A DNA stretch of 64,000 nt from assembly GCF_963921235.1 (NCBI RefSeq), contig NC_086097.1, positions 69,442,001 through 69,506,000 of the forward strand, in the 5' to 3' direction. Below, in pieces: positions 18,126 to 30,794 of this stretch. The notes beneath the pieces were generated by a model. That model ran no database searches, had not been told where the DNA came from, and saw only the letters and a list, made by a program, of their open reading frames with translations. This DNA is from Mobula hypostoma (lineage: Eukaryota). Each line of letters starts with the position of its first letter. The stretch's first letter is position 1. The position numbers and the translations under genes are program-made.

Positions 18126-19030
18126 TGTTACGTACCCCGTAACTGGGTTACCAAACCAGCAGAAATGGATCACTCAGTTGGAGTCTGGATTACTGGAACT
18201 AAGAAAGTTTTATTAAAGAAACAAGCAACACAGTACTCTAATCAAAAGGATAATAAATACAACAGTTCAGCAATGATAAACACACATATACACAGAACTA
18301 GGATAATAGGATCAATCAAGCTCTATTGTCGTCTAGGGGTAAATGACCAGTTTCAAAGTGACGCAAAGTTCAGTTCAGTTCACAGTAATCACTGCCGTGC
18401 GGGTGGGTGAGAGAGAGAGAGAGAGAGAATGAATGAACATTCAAAATCGGATTCCAAACAGACCTTCGATATTCCTCACAGTCAGCTTTCGGGCGAGCCC
18501 TTTGTAATGTCTTCTGAGGTCACCGACTGTGACCCCTCCGTTTCAGATACGATCGTTCCTCTGCAGTGAACCTGGCACCCAGGCAAGGGCGGACACACAC
18601 CAGGTTCCCGCCGATCGTACCTTTCCACCCTGTGCGTCTATGGCTTGGTCCTGCGACCAGCCCTCCAAAACTCCCACCGACTTGTGGGAGGCGCACCGCT
18701 TCCAGGGTCTCGTTACCTCGTGGTGTTGTGTGTGGCCTGCCTTAGCGAACCTGTCCCTTTTTATCCCCCTGCTGGGGTATCGCCTGTCCATCACACTTCA
18801 AACAGTTCAGGGTTCAAAAAGGAGCCGATCTTGACAGCTCTCAGACCGTGTCTCCTTCCGTTAAACTCTCCAGTCTCTTCATTAACATTTCCAAATGCTG
18901 CTCCATTGTCTTCCTTATCTCTCTTTCTCCTGAAGACAGGTGGCAGATCAACTGTTGATCCCACTGGTGCCAGCACAGGACAGTTAACATCTTAATCTAT
19001 GTATACCCTTTGTAACCCTCTTTCGTCACA
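18126..19030 (-). repeat. 3' LTR (905 bp)
   Basis: Near-identical to 22200-23107; AATAAA on minus strand near 18211-18216. Confidence 0.95.
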
Positions 19031-19217
19031 CCGCTCACCTTTAAGGATTTTTACCGGGGTAAAAATTACAAGCATGAATACATTATTTGATACACACAAA
19101 TATACATCTTCATCAGCTATTTGGCTAATACAGAGAATTTTAAGTTGTCAACACCTTGACAGATAGTCAGCAATCACATTTTCCGTTCCTTTTATATGCG
19201 TAATTTTTAATAATCCC

Positions 19218-20458
19218 TTAAACCAGGCTCCAACTTAGCCACTTCATAGTGGCCGAAAACACTGATGAATTGTGATCAGTGTAACCTCTCACTGGGTTTC
19301 GTCCCGGACCACGGTAACAAGGGTCGTCCCATCCCGACTTAGTTTTCTTTCGCAAGGGCTTAGTAGGAGGGGGAGGGGTAGTACCTGCAAAGTTATTGCA
19401 AAACTTCCTACAGTACCCCACCATCTCCAAGAGCCTTCTGAGCGCCCTTTTGTCTGTCGGGGTTGGGATGTCAGAGATAGCCCGCACCTTAGCTTGCATC
19501 GCTGCCAGCTGCCCCTGTGTTACCACAATTCCCAGATAAGTGACCTTCGTGTGGCCGAACTCATTTTTTTCAAGGTTCACTATCAAGCTGGCTTCAGACA
19601 GCCATATTACATCGCCAATATACACTTCTGTGTTCGTTAGCCCTTTAGTCACTGAATTACTCATTCTATAGGGATGTTGTTCACTAGGCTGACCTAGCGT
19701 GACAAACACCACCCAACGTCCCAGTTCTTTCAATCAAACACACGTGTGCGAGCCGTTTAATTAATTCTCCTAAAGAGTCGCTTTGTTCGGGGATTAAGGG
19801 AGAGACCTTATCAGTAGAGCTGGCCAAAACAATAGCCTTCTCCCATCTGGTCGATACCATACTCATCTTTTCAAAATGGTTTTTTTTTCTTATCGGGGGA
19901 CCCTAGCTTCATTGATTTCCGCGCTAACACCGACTAGGTGTTAAAAGCCTGTGACTGTCTCAGTTCGCGTCTGCCATAATCAATAACATCCTTCCTCCTG
20001 GGCAGCCAGTAAACTTCTTTCATGATTCGGCCGACTGTTTCCTTCAGCACCTCAAAATGTCCACCGAGGGGTACCTTGTGGGCCAGGTTAAAAATCTCAT
20101 CCCCAGAGATTTTTGGCACCGTCCCCCATTCCTCATCTGCGGTACTTGGTCTCCCTTCCTTCCTTAGCACCTCTCCCTTAACACCATAGCCTACTGGCTC
20201 TCTTCCTAACTCTGTTTCACAGTGAGCTGTTTCCTCGTCTCGCTCCTGTGCCTGTATAAAGTCCTTCTTTTCTAATGATAAATCTCCCTTAATTTCCCCA
20301 CTTCCTCCTGTTTCATTACGCTCCTTCTTTTCACTTTCTACCCCCTCTTCGTACAAGGCTGGCAGAAACGTCTCAGCTAACTTTATATCAGCCTCTGCAG
20401 CCTTCCTTGACATCTGCGCAAACGGGATAAACCTGCGAGTCCCTGGGCGGGGCCTCAA
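19218..20458 (-). pseudogene. Collapsed pol remnant: integrase zinc-binding N-terminus, then partial RT
   Basis: AHKVPLGGH..KETVGRIMKEVYW..KDVIDY precedes VYIGD..VNLEKNEFGHTKVTYLG..PTPTDKRALRRLLEMVGYCRKFC; no integrase core or RNase H seen. Confidence 0.8.
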
Positions 20459-22101
20459 TGCTGGCAGGCTGACTTGTCAAACTCACGGCTGGGAACACAA
20501 TCCCCCCCCACGAGGTCATTACCGAGTACGACTTCCACGCCTTTCATCGGTAATTCGGACCTCACCCCGATCGTGACTAGTCCAGAGGTCAAGTTGCTTT
20601 GCAGGTGTATCTGGTGCAAAGGGACTACCTCTGTCCCTTCCCCAATACCTTTGACCCTGATCTCCCCAGTCTGGGTCTCTGAGCTAAACTCTAATACACT
20701 CTTCAATATCAATGACTGACACGCTCCCGTGTCTCTCCAGATCTTTACTGGAACTGGGTTTAACCCCTCCTTCACCGACACCAACCCAGCCGAGATAAAC
20801 CTCTTGCGCCCTTCCTGAACTTTGGCAGACCTTTCCTCTCCTAGCGGTTCGTTTACCAGCTCGATACAGCCAGTCAAAATCGCCGTTTTTCCTTTTCCCG
20901 TCTCCTTCTTTGGGACAAAGCACCTAGACGCAAAGTGTCCGACTTTCCCACAATTATAACAGACGACCCCAGGAGACTTCCTACCAGACTGCTTCCGGTC
21001 TACCTTATCCTTCTCACTTGTCCACGGCTTATTTTCTGACTTTTCTGGCGGACTCTCCCCGCCGTCCTGACTACCCTTCAGGTAGCCTTTACTCGGGGCA
21101 AACTTCATTTTATGCGTCAATGCGTACTCATCCACTAATTTAGCAGTTGCGGCTAACGTGGCTGCCTCTTTCTCATCTAGGTAGGGTCTCATACCTTCAG
21201 GGACACAACCTTTAAACTGCTCAATCAGGATCAGCTGTAGCAGTCTGTCATAATCCCCATCCACCCCCTTCGAGGTGCACCAACACTCACAATATGTCTG
21301 CATCTCACGGGCAAACTCTAAGTACGTGCGGTCCCACTGCTTCCTCGCATTCCGGAACCTCTGCCGGTATGCCTCCGGGACCAACTCATAAATCCTGAGG
21401 GTGGCCTCTTTCACCACCTCATACCTCTGGGCATCTTCCGCGGACAAAGCTGAGTAAGCTTGTTGGGCTTTTCCTTTAAGTACACTCTAAAGCAAAACAG
21501 CCCACTTATCCCTCAGCCAGTCCTGACTTGTAGCAACTTTTTCGAAATGGAGAAAGTACCGATCCACGTCGGTATCGTCAAATGGGGGAACCAGCCTAAC
21601 CTCCTGGGTCGCCCTGAACCCTCCACCTTGGTTCGGCATGGGCCCCTGTGCTGCCATCATCTTTAACTTCTCCAGCTCAAATTCCCTTTCCCTCTGTTTC
21701 TCTTCTCGCTCCAACTGTTTATTCCTCTCTTCTCGCTCCAACTGCCTCTCTCTCTCTTGCCGTTCTAACTGTTTCTCTTTCTACTGCCTTTCTAACTGTT
21801 TCTCTTTCTCTTCGTGTTCTAGCTGCCGTACCCGGAACTCGTGCTCGAGTCTCAGTTTTTCAAGCTGCACCTGTACTGCGTCTCCAGCAGGTTTTCCAAT
21901 AGATATCACCTCCAGCTCCCCTTGGGGAAACACACCTTTAGATACATAGTGCTCTACGATAGCTCTGTGTATCTCCTCTCTCCTCATTGTCGACTTCCCC
22001 TTAACAAGATTCAACTGTTTGGCCACAGCTGCCAATTCCGCTTTCCTGGCATCCTCTAATGCCTCCAAGGTCGGCACCTTTAGAAATTCCTCAATCTCCA
22101 T
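20455..22101 (-). pseudogene. gag-protease of the LTR element: coiled coil, SCAN-like capsid domain, CCHC knuckle, aspartic protease
   Basis: ORFs 21781-22101, 21487-21741 and 20455-21447 share one frame, split by two TAG stops; motifs YELVPEAYRQRFR..LILIEQF, CYNCGKVGHFASRC, RDTGA. Confidence 0.9.
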
Positions 22102-22177
22102 TTCTGCTGTTTGCCTTTTCTTTCTTTCGGGAATTTTAACCCAATCAATTTACTCCGTCCCAAATTTAGCGTTCAAA

Positions 22178-22195
22178 ATCCCGGATGAGCCCCCA
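22178..22195 (-). promoter_or_regulatory. Primer-binding site complementary to the tRNA-Pro 3' end
   Basis: TGGGGGCTCATCCGGGAT versus the canonical Pro PBS TGGGGGCTCGTCCGGGAT (17/18), 4 nt after the 5' LTR. Confidence 0.9.
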
Positions 22196-22199
22196 CTTA

Positions 22200-23107
22200 T
22201 GTTACGTACCTCGTAACTGGGTTATCAAACCAGCAGAAATGGATCACTCAGTTGGAGTCAGGATTACTGGAACTAAGAAAGTTTTATTAAAGAAATAAGC
22301 AACACAGTACTCTAATCAAAAGGATAATAAATACAACAGTTCAGCAATGATAAACACACATGTACACAGAACTAGGATAATAGGATCAATCAAGCTCTCT
22401 CGTCGTCTAGGGGTAAATGACCAGTTTCAAAGTGACGCAAAGTTCAGTTCAGTTCACAGTAATCACTGCCGTGCGGGTGGGAGGGAGAGAGAGAGAGAGA
22501 GAGAGAGCGAGTGAATATTCAAAGTCAGATTCCAAACAGACCTTTGATATTCCTCACAGTCAGCTTTCGGGCGAGCCCTTTGTAATGTCTTCTGAGGTTA
22601 CCGACTGTGATCCCTCCGATCAGATACGATCGTTCCTCTGCAGTGAACCTGGCACCCAGGCAAGGGCGGACACACTCCAGGTTCCCGCTGATCGTACCTT
22701 TCCACCCTGTGCGTCTATGGCTTGGTCCTGCGACCAGCCCTCCAAAACTCCCACCGACTTGTGGGAGGCGCACCGCTTCCAGGGTCTCGTTACCTCGTGG
22801 TGTCGTGTGTGTCCTGCCTTAGCGAACCTGTCCCTTTTTATCCCCCTGCTGGGGTATCGCCTGTCCATCACACTTCAAACAGTTCAGGGTTCAAAAAGGA
22901 GCCGATCTTGACAGCTCTCAGACCGTGTCTCCTTCCGTTAAACTCTCCAGTCCCTTCATTAACATTTCCAAATGCTGCTCCATTGTCTTCCTTATCTCTC
23001 TTTCTCCTGAAGACGGGTGGCAGATCAACTGTTGATCCCACAGGTGCCAGCACAGGACAGTTAACATCTTAATCTATGTGTACTCTTTGTAACGCTCTTT
23101 CGTCACA
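22200..23107 (-). repeat. 5' LTR (908 bp)
   Basis: Adjacent to the PBS; near-identical to 18126-19030. Confidence 0.95.
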
Positions 23108-23158
23108 ATTGTCACGTAAGGTTGTAAAATGAGCAGACAGATGACTAGGTGTTATTCA

Positions 23159-23295
23159 TCAGTCCTGAACAAGGGTCTCGACCCAAAATGTCAACTGTTT
23201 ACTCTTTTTCATAAATGCTGCCTGACCTGCTGAGTTCCTCCAGCATTTTATGTGTGTTGCTTTGGATTTCCAGCATCTGCGGATTTTCTCTTGTT
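23159..23295 (+). mobile_element. Penelope-like terminal-repeat fragment with decayed hammerhead motif
   Basis: cagtcCTGAACAagggtctcgacccAAAAtgtcaactg..tgctgcctgacctgctgagttcctccagca..ccagcatctgc. Confidence 0.7.
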
Positions 23296-24279
23296 TTTTT
23301 ATTTGTCAAGGTTGCTTAGTGCTTCATTATAATGGTGCTGGAGGCCATAGACAGTTTTGTCAAAGTGGCTTCTGAGGAAGAGGAGATATAGCAATTTTTT
23401 TTTTTACCTCTTCCCTTCCCACCATCCAGTGACCGAAACAATCCTTTCTACCTCAAGCAATAGTACAATAGACAGAAAAAAACTGAAGGTGTACTGCATT
23501 TGCAGTGTGGTCTCCCCTGCAAGTGAAGAAACCAAATGCAGATTGAGCGACTGCTTTGTGGAGCATATGTGTTGAGTCAGCATTGACCATTTCTTCTATG
23601 TGTGATAATGAAGAAGTTTTGTTTTCTCTTTCCATTGCCCCAGCTGGGCATGTTTTTGAGTCATGTTATCTAAATTCATTGGTCATTTTAATTGCAAATA
23701 ATTCCATTTAGTTGGGAGGACCTATACAATTTATCTCCATGGTAACCCTGGCCTCTCCCTACCACAGATATTCCCTTTTGTCCTCCTCATACCTCCACTC
23801 ACCTTTTTTTATAGCTTATACCTAGTTTGTTTTCTTTCTTTACCAGTTATGAAGAGTCTTCAATATGAAGTGTTCACTGTCTAATCTGGTGTGTGTTTAC
23901 AATATTTTGTACTTTTACTTTATATTTCTCACACCTGCTGTTTTGTTCTCATAGGAATTGGCTTCCTCAGTGGTACAATTATTTGTTGACCCTCAAAATA
24001 GATTAATTTACTGCTTTCAGTGAAAACTTGCTAGTTTTCTCCATTACAGTTGGGGTGAACACTTCAAAAACATTTTAGAATGGTCCAAGGATACAATAAG
24101 TACAATATTATTTCAAGTTTTTAATTCATGATCTTAATACCTTTTAGTAATAATGGCAACTCTCAATTGGTGGTTACTTTCAAAATATTTTTGTGCAAAA
24201 AAAAATCTGCATCCAGACTCTAATATCGTAATATGAAAAAGCTTAAAGAAGCAGTATTTGAGCTATCACTGAAAGCTTA

Positions 24280-24865
24280 ACCTGGTTGAATCACATAGAC
24301 GCCATGGCCAAGAAAGCACACCAGTGCATCAACTTTCTCAGAAGGCTATGGAAATTTGTCATGTCCCTAATGATCCTCACCAGTGTTTATAAGTGAAGCT
24401 TAGAAGGCATCTTATCGGAAATGCCCAGGTCCATGACGTATTGCTGAGATTTGTGAACACAGCCCAGTCTGTTATGAAAACGAGCCTCCCCTCCATTGGC
24501 TCTGTGTAAACCTCCTGCTGCCCCAGTAAAATAGCCAACATAATCAAAAATCCCTCCCATTCCAGTCATCCTCTTCTCCCCACAAAATACTCTGCAGATG
24601 TTGGGGTCAAAGCAACACTCACAACACGCTGGAGGAACTCTTCCAGTCATCCTCTTCTAACCGCTCCCTACTCCTTCCAACGGGCAGAGGATGTATATGC
24701 CTGAGAGCATTCACCATCAGGTTCAAGGACAGCTTCTATCCCACTTTGACAAGATTATTGCAATAAAGACCGACTCTTAACTTCACAATCTACCTTGGCA
24801 TAACCCTTGAACCTTATTTGTCTGCTGGCACTAAACTTCCTCCATAAAAGTAACACCATATTCAA
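24280..24865 (+). mobile_element. Rex1/Babar LINE 3' fragment (decayed), interrupted by a 63-bp Penelope-like fragment (24578-24640)
   Basis: Resembles the Rex1 copies at 28670 and 40153; insert flanked by the 18-bp duplication ttccagtcatcctcttct (24560-77, 24641-58); ends approximate. Confidence 0.7.
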
Positions 24866-25289
24866 AGCAGGTCAGCACCTTATCATCAGCTGTTTCAGGT
24901 CGGGGAGCAAGAGTGCATCAAGACCAAGGCTGCTGCGTCTGAGCACTACAAAAAGTTTATCATGAAACAGACTGTTTTGCATTCTCCGAATCAGCAGTTC
25001 ATCCATCCTGTGTGTCAAGAAGCCCTACAGTCTAATTACAGAATCTGGTGTGTCTGGAGTGAGCAGGTGGTGCTTATCATAAGGCCTGGTTATGCGACCA
25101 ATGATGTCAGGCAGACAGTCTCTGAAGTGTATTAATAATGGCTGGGATCACCCATCTTCCCATCTTGTAAAGACACTGATGGAAAAAGGCAATGGTAAAC
25201 CACTTCATAGAGAAATTTGCCAAGAACAATCATGGCCAAAAGACTAGGAATCCCCTACATAATCCAACATGGCACATAATGATGAAGAT

Positions 25290-25827
25290 GGTCTAAGAAA
25301 AGATGTGCTGGCTTTGGAGAGGGTCCAGAGGAGGTTCATGAGAATGATTCCAAGAATAAAAGGGTTAATGTATGAGGAGAGTTTGATGGCTCTGGGCCTG
25401 TACTACCTGCAGTTTAGAAGAATTGGGGGGTGGGGGGGGGGGAAGTATCATTAAAACCTATCGAATATTGTAAGGCCTAGATACAATGGATGTGGAGAGG
25501 ATGTTTCTGATGGTGGGAGAATCCAGGACTCGAGTCTACAGACTTAGAATGGAGGGATGTCCACTTAGAACAGAGATGAGGAGGAATTTCTCAAGAGGGT
25601 GGTGAATCTGTGGAATTCATTGCCATGGATGGCTGTGGAGGCCAAGTCATTGAGTATACTTAAAGTGGAGGTTGATAGATTCTTGGTTAGTCAGGATGTC
25701 AAAGGTTATGGGGGGAAGACAGGAGAATGGAGTTGAAAGGGATAATAAATCAGCCATGATGGAATGGGGGAGCAAACCCCCCCCATGGGCTGAATAGCCT
25801 AATTCTGCTCCTATGTCTTCTGGTCTA
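25290..25827 (+). mobile_element. CR1 LINE 3' end
   Basis: LRKDVLALERVQRRFMRMIP; 3' UTR gggctgaatagcctaattctgctcctatgtcttctggtct. Confidence 0.85.
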
Positions 25828-25850
25828 ATTGAGTGAATTAACTGACTTAA

Positions 25851-26051
<201 letters not shown>

Positions 26052-27069
26052 TAAACCTTAAAGTGTTAGTTATGTTCTGAATACTTGCATTAAAATTACT
26101 AAAGTATTTGGAAAAGTTAGTTCAAATATTTTAATTATCCTGATAGCATTCAGGTAAATATGAGGAGGGAAAAAGTGCTGAATAAAGGTGAGATTGTAGG
26201 TTGCTTAATAAAGTTATGATATTCCTCAGATTATTTAACTGGTCTAATTCATACCATGTGATAGTCATAATAATGAGAACCACATGTTATGTAAAACTGA
26301 CAAATTAAGTTTGAGCACAGAAATCAGTTTTATTTGCTTCCAGCTTAGCCTTTTCCCATTCCTATATATCCAAACTTTAACACAGCCTTCAGACTTCCGT
26401 CTTTCATGCTGATCTATTTTATCCGTTGCTTACTTCAGCTCTTGATTGAGGTCTGTATTCCACATTCTCAGCATTGTTGGTCAAATGAAGTTTCATCTGA
26501 ATTGTATCTGATTTATTGGTGAATGCCTCATTATAACCCTCAGCTACTAATCATGCACTAATGGAATGTATTGTCATTAGGTCCAGGAGTGAACCACTCA
26601 AGCCTGCACCACCACTTAATAACATCGTTGCTGATCTGATTGTAGCCTCAACGTCCTGATGCCATCTATTTTCAGTAACTTCCCCAACCCTTAACAAATA
26701 CACATCAATTTCACCTTGAAAAATATTTAAAGACTCTCTTCCATAAAGAGTATGGAAACAGAGCTGCAAAAGTCTCTGACCCTTAAAGTAAATGAATTTA
26801 CCCCATCAGTCTTAAATAGATGACTTTTTAAAAACAGTGGCTTCCTATGTTTTGGAGACTCTGTGTTCACTTTTTAAAAACCTCCTCAGAATTCTTGGTT
26901 TTATTGAAGACCCTGCTCACCTTATAAACTCCATTCAGCACAGAACACATCTGTTCTATCTTTCTTCTTAAGGTGACCTACCTATTCTAGCTACTAATTT
27001 AGTAATCTTCTTTCAACTACTTTCAGTGCTTATATGTATATCTTTTCTTACATAATGATGGCAACATTT

Positions 27070-27689
27070 AGATTATGAAGACACGTAGTCCTCTTTTATT
27101 GTCATTTAGTAATGCATGCATTAAGAAATGATACATTATTTCCTCCGGTGTGATATCACAAAACACAGGACAGACCAAGACTGAAAAAACTGACAAAACC
27201 ACATAATTATAATATATAGTTACAACAGTGCACAATACCATAACTTGGTGAAGAAGTCCGTGAGCACAGTAAAGTTCAAAGTTTCTCAAATGTCCCACAT
27301 CTCACGCAGACGGGAGAAGGAAGAAAAACTCTCCCTGCCATGCTGACCACAATCCAACTCTGAGTCATCCAGAAACTTCGAGCTCTGATCAGCTCTCCGA
27401 CACCGAGTACTGAGCGCCATCTCTGTCCGAACGATTTGACCTCCTTCTCGGTCGCCAAAAGCAGGCAAGGCCGGGGATTTTGAGGCCTACCCTCCGAAAG
27501 ATTCCCGACCGCGCAGTAACGACAGCAGCGAACGGGCGTTTAAGAAATTTCTCCAGATGTTCCTCTGTGCTTTCACGTCCATTCTCCATCAAATCAGAAT
27601 TGTCCACGGCCCCTATTTAACAGATACGATATCATTTTTCACCGGAGGGCTGCGCACATGCAGGTGCGCTGCCATCTTCTCTTCCCACC
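27070..27689 (-). mobile_element. Short non-coding retroposon (620 bp) with Rex1-like ends
   Basis: Minus strand starts GGGAAGAGAAGATGGCAGCG, is CpG-rich and ends AATAAAAGAGG..CATAATCTA; possible TSD acatt (27065-69, 27690-94); sits in decayed CR1-like sequence. Confidence 0.55.
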
Positions 27690-28272
27690 ACATTGTACAA
27701 CAAATCTGGTCTTCTGCATGACATGTATAACTGAAGCATAATCTCTTTATTCCATTTGGTTATGTCAGTGCTCTGCAATATCACTGTTTAGATAATGTGT
27801 TATCTTATCTCCTGCTAAAATGGATAATTCTGTATCTTTCCATATTTTAATAGTTTGTCAGATATTTGCCTTCTCAAACTATCTATACCCCATGTTGTCA
27901 CCTGCAACCACTTTACAATTAATTTTCCTACCAATCTTTTGTGAAGTTATATTTGGGAATCATGCCTTCAGTAGCTTCATTCAAGACATATAAATAATTG
28001 CAGAAGGTTGAGGTCCCACTGCTGATCTCTTTCACATACTTCTCATCACATTTTGCCATCCAGTTTTCTAATCATGTCAACATGTTAAGTCTGTCACCAT
28101 GACCTTCTATTTTCTGCAATAACTTTTATGGCATCTTATTAAATGCCTTTTGGAAATTTAAGCATAGTATTTCTACTTGTTCCCTTTCATCTACATTACA
28201 TAACACTCCTACAAAGAATTCAACTGACTGGTCAACCATGAATTCCCTTTCACCAAGCCATGTTGATTTCAC

Positions 28273-28373
28273 TTGATAAGATGTTTTGCAAAGTGATCTG
28301 CTGTAACATAACAAGGCATAAGATTTTTGATAAGATCTTTTACAAAGTGATCTGCTGTAACATAACAAGGCAT
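28273..28373. repeat. Tandem duplication of a 47-bp unit, period 54
   Basis: ttgataagat(g/c)tttt(g/a)caaagtgatctgctgtaacataacaaggcat at 28273 and 28327. Confidence 0.85.
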
Positions 28374-28669
28374 TAAAGAAGGTGTTCTCTTTCCCTCCTT
28401 TTTGAATATGGTTGCTATTTTCTTTCACGAATCAAGGACATTTTGGGATATTGAAACCAATGCATTAATAACTTACTTGACCACTAATTTTAAGATCCTT
28501 GAATGAAGTCCAACAGTAGCTTGTCAGCCTGCAGCTGCAAAAATTTTGCTGAGTAAACACTTCTCTTATGTTAGTGATTTTCTTAAGTTCTGTCCTTCCT
28601 TCCATTTCCTGATTTAGAATTATTTCTGAGCTGTTACTTGTATCTCTAGACTGAACACCCTTTTAAAAT

Positions 28670-29755
28670 CTGTACCTCTCTCTGCAATTCGTTCCTCAAC
28701 TTCCTAACCGAAGACCACAGTTTGTGTGGATTGGCGATAACATCTCCTCCTCGCTGACAATCAACACTGGCGCACCTCGGGTGTGTGCTTAGCCCACTGC
28801 TCTACTCTCTATATGCACATGACTGTGTAGCTAGGCATAGCTCAAATACTATCTATAAGTTTGCTGACGATACACCCATTGTTGGTAGAATCTCAGGTGG
28901 TGACGAGAGAGCATACAGGAGTGAGATATGCCAACTAGTGGAATGGTGCCAAAGCAACAACCTGGCACTCAACGTCAGTAAGATGAAAGAGCGATTGTAG
29001 ACTTCAGGAAGGGTAAGATGAAGGAGCACATACCAGTCCTCACAGAGGGATCAGAAGTGGGGAGAATGAGCAGCTTCAAGTTCCTTGGTGTCAGAGGAAC
29101 TAACCTGGTCCCAACATATCTATGTAGTCATAAAGAAGGCAAGGCAGCGGCTATACTTTATGAGGAGTTTGAAGAGATTTGGCATGTCAACAAATACACT
29201 CAAAAACTTGCATAGTTGTACCGTGGAGAGCATTCTGACAGGCTGCATCACTGTCTGGTATGGAGGGGCTACTGCACAGGACCAAAAGAAGCTGCAGAAG
29301 GTTGTAAATCTGGTCAGCTCCATCTTGGGCACAAGCCTACAAAGTACCCAGGAAATGTTTAGGGAGCAGTGTCTCAGAAAGGCAGCGTCCATTATTAACG
29401 ACCTCCAGCACCCAGGGCATGCCCTTTTCTCACTGTTACCATCAGGTAGGAGGTAGAGAAGCCTGAAGGCACACACTCAGTGATTCAGGAACAGCTTCTT
29501 CCCCTCTGCCATCCGATTCCTAAATGGACATTAATGCTTTGGACACTACCTCACTTTTTCTAATATACAGTATTTCTGTTTTTGCACTTTTTAAAATCTA
29601 TACAATATAGGTAATTGATTTACTTTATTATTGTGTTTTATTTATTATTATTTTTTTCTCTCTCTGCTAGATTATGTATTGCATTGAACTGCTGCTGTTA
29701 AGTTAACAAATTTCACGTCACGTGACAGTGATAATAAACCTGATTCTGATTCTGA
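28670..29755 (+). mobile_element. Rex1/Babar LINE, 5'-truncated (RT C-half and 3' UTR)
   Basis: LSPLLYSLYAHDCVARHSSNTIYKFADDT..WCQSNNLALNVSK; ESILTGCITVWYG; tail AATAAACCTGATTCTGATTCTGA. Confidence 0.88.
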
Positions 29756-30794
29756 AATACCTCTTTAATTCAGCTGTTTTCTGTCATTACTTCTCCACAT
29801 TCATTTTCACCCAGACAAGCCAGCACTTTAATTCCCTTTCCTTTTTAAAATATTGGTTGAAAATCTTGCTATGTATTGATTTAATTTGAGTTGGTTGGAC
29901 CTCAGAGTTTGATTTATCTTTCCTTATTAATTTTCCTATTTTCTGCTCTTTTCCTATATTCCGTAAATCTAATCTTCTGACCTACCATCTGTCATTACAA
30001 AGATAGTTAGTTTTTCATGAAGTTAAGGATTGTTTTAAAGTTGTGTAGTTAAGAATAGTGGGCTGTCCAATGTAATTTTCTTGTTGAGAGGTAACAATTC
30101 TGTACATGCTGAAACGATTTCTTGAATCTTTCCTGATAGCTTGCTTTACCTCATTTGCCATTTTTTTTCATGTTATCTCTTATTTTATGACCGTATGTAC
30201 CTATATTGCTGTAATGATTTGTATACCAGCACTCCTCAAGCAACCTTACTCCATTTTGACAATTATTGAATTGCCCAGTTTCGCTCTTCAGTTTCGAGGA
30301 TATTATCAATTAAGCCATCCATTTTACCCTGTTTTTTGGTACCATCCTTGTATTAACTAAACATCTGGCTTAATCTACTGCTTGTCTGTGAAATTTGTAA
30401 TTCTACCTGTGATTTGAAATTTCCACTGCAAATTGAGAGCAAAAATGCTCCCAGCAATTATCGCTTTGGAATATTACTTTCTACTTTTCACCAGTATGAG
30501 CTAATTTCCATTATTTTTGTATTCAACTTGTTTCAAGCTCATTCAGAAATTATTTAGTGTTCTGTAGAATGGAAATACCCTTTGAGAAATAAGTAGAGCT
30601 TATTTTCACATCCATAAATACATGTATGCACAGGTATAATGAGAAGTTTGCATGCAGCTGCATTCCAGACATAGCATCATATAAGCAGCATTCATAAGGA
30701 ATTATAAACTAATCATAAATTGTATACACTTTTTTTAAAAAATAAGGCAACACAATTAGAAGAAAAAATGCCATTTTAGTGCAAAGTAGTGCAT

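Larger units (their letters stand above)
18126..23107 (-). mobile_element. Gypsy (Gmr1-like) LTR retrotransposon, two LTRs, non-autonomous (4982 bp)
   Basis: Direct repeats 18126-19030 and 22200-23107 with TG..CA ends; TSD ATTG (18122-25, 23108-11); PBS; purine-rich tract AAAGGTGAGCGG before the 3' LTR; gag-pro and pol remnants. Confidence 0.95.

Noticed and set aside
21481..21783. Programmed readthrough at the two TAG codons in gag
   Set aside because: Both lie inside gag rather than at a gag-pol junction and are explained by single substitutions (CAG or GAG to TAG).
18529..23072. Duplicated ORFs (83, 116 and 61 aa) at about 18.5-19.0 kb and 22.6-23.1 kb as duplicated small genes
   Set aside because: They are chance frames inside the two LTRs, with no recognisable domain.
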